DNA of 30,155 bases from Armatimonadota bacterium (GTDB taxonomy: Bacteria; Sysuimicrobiota; Sysuimicrobiia; Sysuimicrobiales; Humicultoraceae): positions 1 through 30,155 of the forward strand of contig JBQTJP010000061.1 of assembly GCA_052386995.1 (NCBI GenBank), read 5' to 3'. A program made the position numbers and the translations under genes. Below are positions 28,084 through 30,155 of this stretch, in pieces. The notes under the pieces are model-generated. The model worked only from the letters and a program-made list of their open reading frames with translations, made no database searches and was not told where the DNA came from. Each line of letters begins with the position of its first letter. The first letter of the stretch is position 1.

Positions 28084-29244
28084 CTAAGGCTGGCTCTGCC
28101 GGAAGAAGGCCACCACGCCGTCGGCCACGCGCTCCAGCATCGCCTCTGTCATGTGTGGGCCGACGGGCAGCGACAGGTTCTCGCGGCATAGGCGCTCGGC
28201 CTCCGGAAACTGCCCGGGCCGCGTTCCACAGAGCTCGCGGACCGGGCTGAGCAGATGGAGCGGCGCCGGATAGTGGATACTCGCCTCGACGCCGTCGTCT
28301 CGGAGAAAGGCGCGCAGCGCGTCACGGCGCGGCGTCCACACGACGTAATGGAGATACGAAGGGCTGGCCCAGGGGCGTTCGGGTGGAAGGTTCAACGGCA
28401 GCGCCGCGTCGCGGAAGCGCCCGGCATAGTAACCGGCGGCCCGTCGTCGATGTGAGAGAAACTCGCCGAGCAGGCGCAGCTGAATGCGGCCGAGCCCCGC
28501 GGATATCTCGGTCATGTGCATGTTGTAGCCGATGGAGCGAAGATCATACCATGCGCCGTCGCGGCGGCGGATGAAGCTGAGGTCTTCGGCGCGCTCGCGG
28601 CCCTGGTCGCGCAGGCTCGCCAGATTCTCGGCAAGCCGCCGATCGTCGGTGACCGCGGCCCCGCCCGATCCGAAGACCGTGATCATCTTGCCGGAGAAGC
28701 TGTGGAAGCCGACCTGGCCCAGGCTCCCTGCGCTCCGGCCCTTGTATTCGGCGCCGAGCGCGTGCGCGGCGTCTTCGAGCACGTACAGGTTGTGCCGGCG
28801 GGCCACGTCGTTGATCGGATCCATGTCGCACGGAAACCCGTAGGTGTGCTGAGGCATCACCGCGCGCGTGCGGGCCGTGACCGCCGCGGCGATTCCGTCA
28901 CACCGGATGTTGGCGGTGCCGGCTTCCGCCTCCACGAAGACGGGCGTGGCGCCGGCTTTGATCACCGCGGACAGCACGCCGACATAGGCGTTGGCCGCCA
29001 TGATCACCTCGTCCCCCCGCCCGATGCCGAGCGCGTCGAGGGTCAGCAGCATAACCGACGTCCCCGAGTTCGCCGCGACGCCGTAGCGTGTGCCGCACCA
29101 GGCCGCCAGCTCGAGCTCGAAGCGTTGGGTCTCCTCGCCGCCGTAGGAGATCCCGGTCTCCAGGATCGCCAGCGCCTTCCGACGCATCTCGTCGTTGACG
29201 ATCATGGCGCGATAAGGGATCAGGGTGAGCATGTGCCCCGCCAT
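28084..29244 (-). CDS. DegT/DnrJ/EryC1/StrS family PLP aminotransferase (paralog 4)
   Basis: ANSGTS, GDEVI, HTYG, LEDAAHALG, HSFSGKMITVFGSGGA, LRDQG, GYNMHM, IHYPAPLH, LSLPVGP. GAAGGG upstream. Confidence 0.93.
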   Translation of the reverse strand: MAGHMLTLIPYRAMIVNDEMRRKALAILETGISYGGEETQRFELELAAWCGTRYGVAANSGTSVMLLTLDALGIGRGDEVIMAANAYVGVLSAVIKAGATPVFVEAEAGTANIRCDGIAAAVTARTRAVMPQHTYGFPCDMDPINDVARRHNLYVLEDAAHALGAEYKGRSAGSLGQVGFHSFSGKMITVFGSGGAAVTDDRRLAENLASLRDQGRERAEDLSFIRRRDGAWYDLRSIGYNMHMTEISAGLGRIQLRLLGEFLSHRRRAAGYYAGRFRDAALPLNLPPERPWASPSYLHYVVWTPRRDALRAFLRDDGVEASIHYPAPLHLLSPVRELCGTRPGQFPEAERLCRENLSLPVGPHMTEAMLERVADGVVAFFRQSQP

Positions 29245-29373
29245 TCAACCCTTCCGCGCTCATTCCCTCTTGCGGGTACAATCGCGTGCGGCACCGTCTG
29301 TCGCGATGGAAGGGAAGCCGACGCCACCTCCGAAATCCTCGCCATGCCCCAGTGGGACCAACGTCAGGACCGA

Positions 29374-30155
29374 ATGCGCGCGTCGGGCCAGGCCGGATGG
29401 CTGTCGGACCGGGCCAGGCGCGCGCTGCTGATGGAGTACGAGGACGACGGGATGCCCAGCCCCGTCCTCACCGCGCACCGCATGGGCGATCTCGGCCGCG
29501 AGATCGACGGCGTCATCAACCTCTCGGCCGGCGGGCAGATCCACCGTCAGCCGCCGGATTTCGTCATCGACGCCGTGCGGCGGGCCGTCGATGAAGGCCG
29601 CTTCCACTATCCGGGCGTCCGAGGGGACGCAGATCTGCGGCTGGCGCTGGCGGAGAAGCTCGCGCGCGACAATGGCATCACGGCCGATCCCGAGTCGGAA
29701 ATTCTGCCGACGATCGGCGCGCAGTTTCCGATCGATGGGGTGCTGCGACTCCTGATCAATACCGGCGACGAGGTGCTGCTGCCCGATCCCGAATACGCGT
29801 CGATGGAGCCCGTGGTCCGGATGTACGGTGGCTCGACCGTCCCGGTGCCGCTGCGCGAGACGGCCGCGGGATGGGCGTTCGACTCCGATGACGTGCGGCG
29901 CCGTGTCTCACCTCGCACCAGGCTCTTCTGCTTCTCGAACGGCAACAAGCCCGCGGGCTCTCTCTACCGGCGCGATGACCTCGAGGCCATCGCGGCGCTC
30001 GCGCAGAAACACGGCTTCTTCGTCTTTGCCGACGAACAGTATGAAAAGCTTGTCTTCGACGGCCGACGACACACGAGCATCGCGTCGCTCCCCGGGATGG
30101 CCGCGCGCACCGTGACCGCGTTCTCGTTCTCCAAGGCGTACTGTCTGTCGGGCCT
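29374..30155 (+). CDS. Class I/II PLP-dependent aminotransferase (3' truncated; absent from the ORF track)
   Basis: Manual frame-1 translation: MRASGQAGWLSDRA...VINLSAG...HYPGVRGDADLRLALA...EILPTIGA...GDEVLLPDPEY...FCFSNGNKPAG...FADEQYEKLVFDG...FSFSKAYCLSG, running off the window end. Start uncertain (29344 or 29374). Confidence 0.9.
   Translation, partial: MRASGQAGWLSDRARRALLMEYEDDGMPSPVLTAHRMGDLGREIDGVINLSAGGQIHRQPPDFVIDAVRRAVDEGRFHYPGVRGDADLRLALAEKLARDNGITADPESEILPTIGAQFPIDGVLRLLINTGDEVLLPDPEYASMEPVVRMYGGSTVPVPLRETAAGWAFDSDDVRRRVSPRTRLFCFSNGNKPAGSLYRRDDLEAIAALAQKHGFFVFADEQYEKLVFDGRRHTSIASLPGMAARTVTAFSFSKAYCLSG

Noticed and set aside
29277..29282. TACAAT as a -10 element for the class I aminotransferase
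   Set aside because: No convincing -35 or extended -10 TG at the right spacing; a lone hexamer is insufficient.
1..30155. CRISPR arrays, tRNA/rRNA, IS elements, riboswitches
   Set aside because: No spaced direct repeats or transposase/integrase motifs were seen, and intergenic gaps are all short (about 150 nt or less). A covariance-model search would be needed to exclude small RNAs.

Overview
High-GC bacterial window, densely coding (about 27 genes, two truncated by the window edges). I found no RNA genes, mobile elements, CRISPR arrays or transcription-factor genes. The left end (1-3375) holds two class III nucleotide-cyclase genes: a partial LipJ/Rv1900c-like C-terminus and a cyclase-STAND ATPase-TPR protein followed by a small membrane protein. 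The rest (3377-30155) looks like an uptake-and-catabolism island in alternating divergent/convergent operons. It has two Dpp/Opp-family ABC importers (binding protein plus two permeases each, no ATPase), an MFS transporter, and many C-N hydrolases (M28/DUF4910-like peptidase, asparaginase-like protein, amidohydrolase, two-subunit hydantoinase/oxoprolinase, amidase with a small AtzG/GatC-like partner, alpha/beta hydrolase). It also has three NAD(P) enzymes and five PLP enzymes. The most striking element is four paralogous DegT/DnrJ/EryC1/StrS aminotransferases next to an importer with no glycan-biosynthesis genes; three share a shortened SFxxK lysine motif and lack the acidic residue of G[ED]GG. 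Several other enzymes also have substituted catalytic motifs. My inference is an uncharacterised pathway degrading a polyaminated sugar/cyclitol or an amino-acylated conjugate; the substrate cannot be determined from sequence alone. All family calls come from reading motifs by eye, not from database searches.
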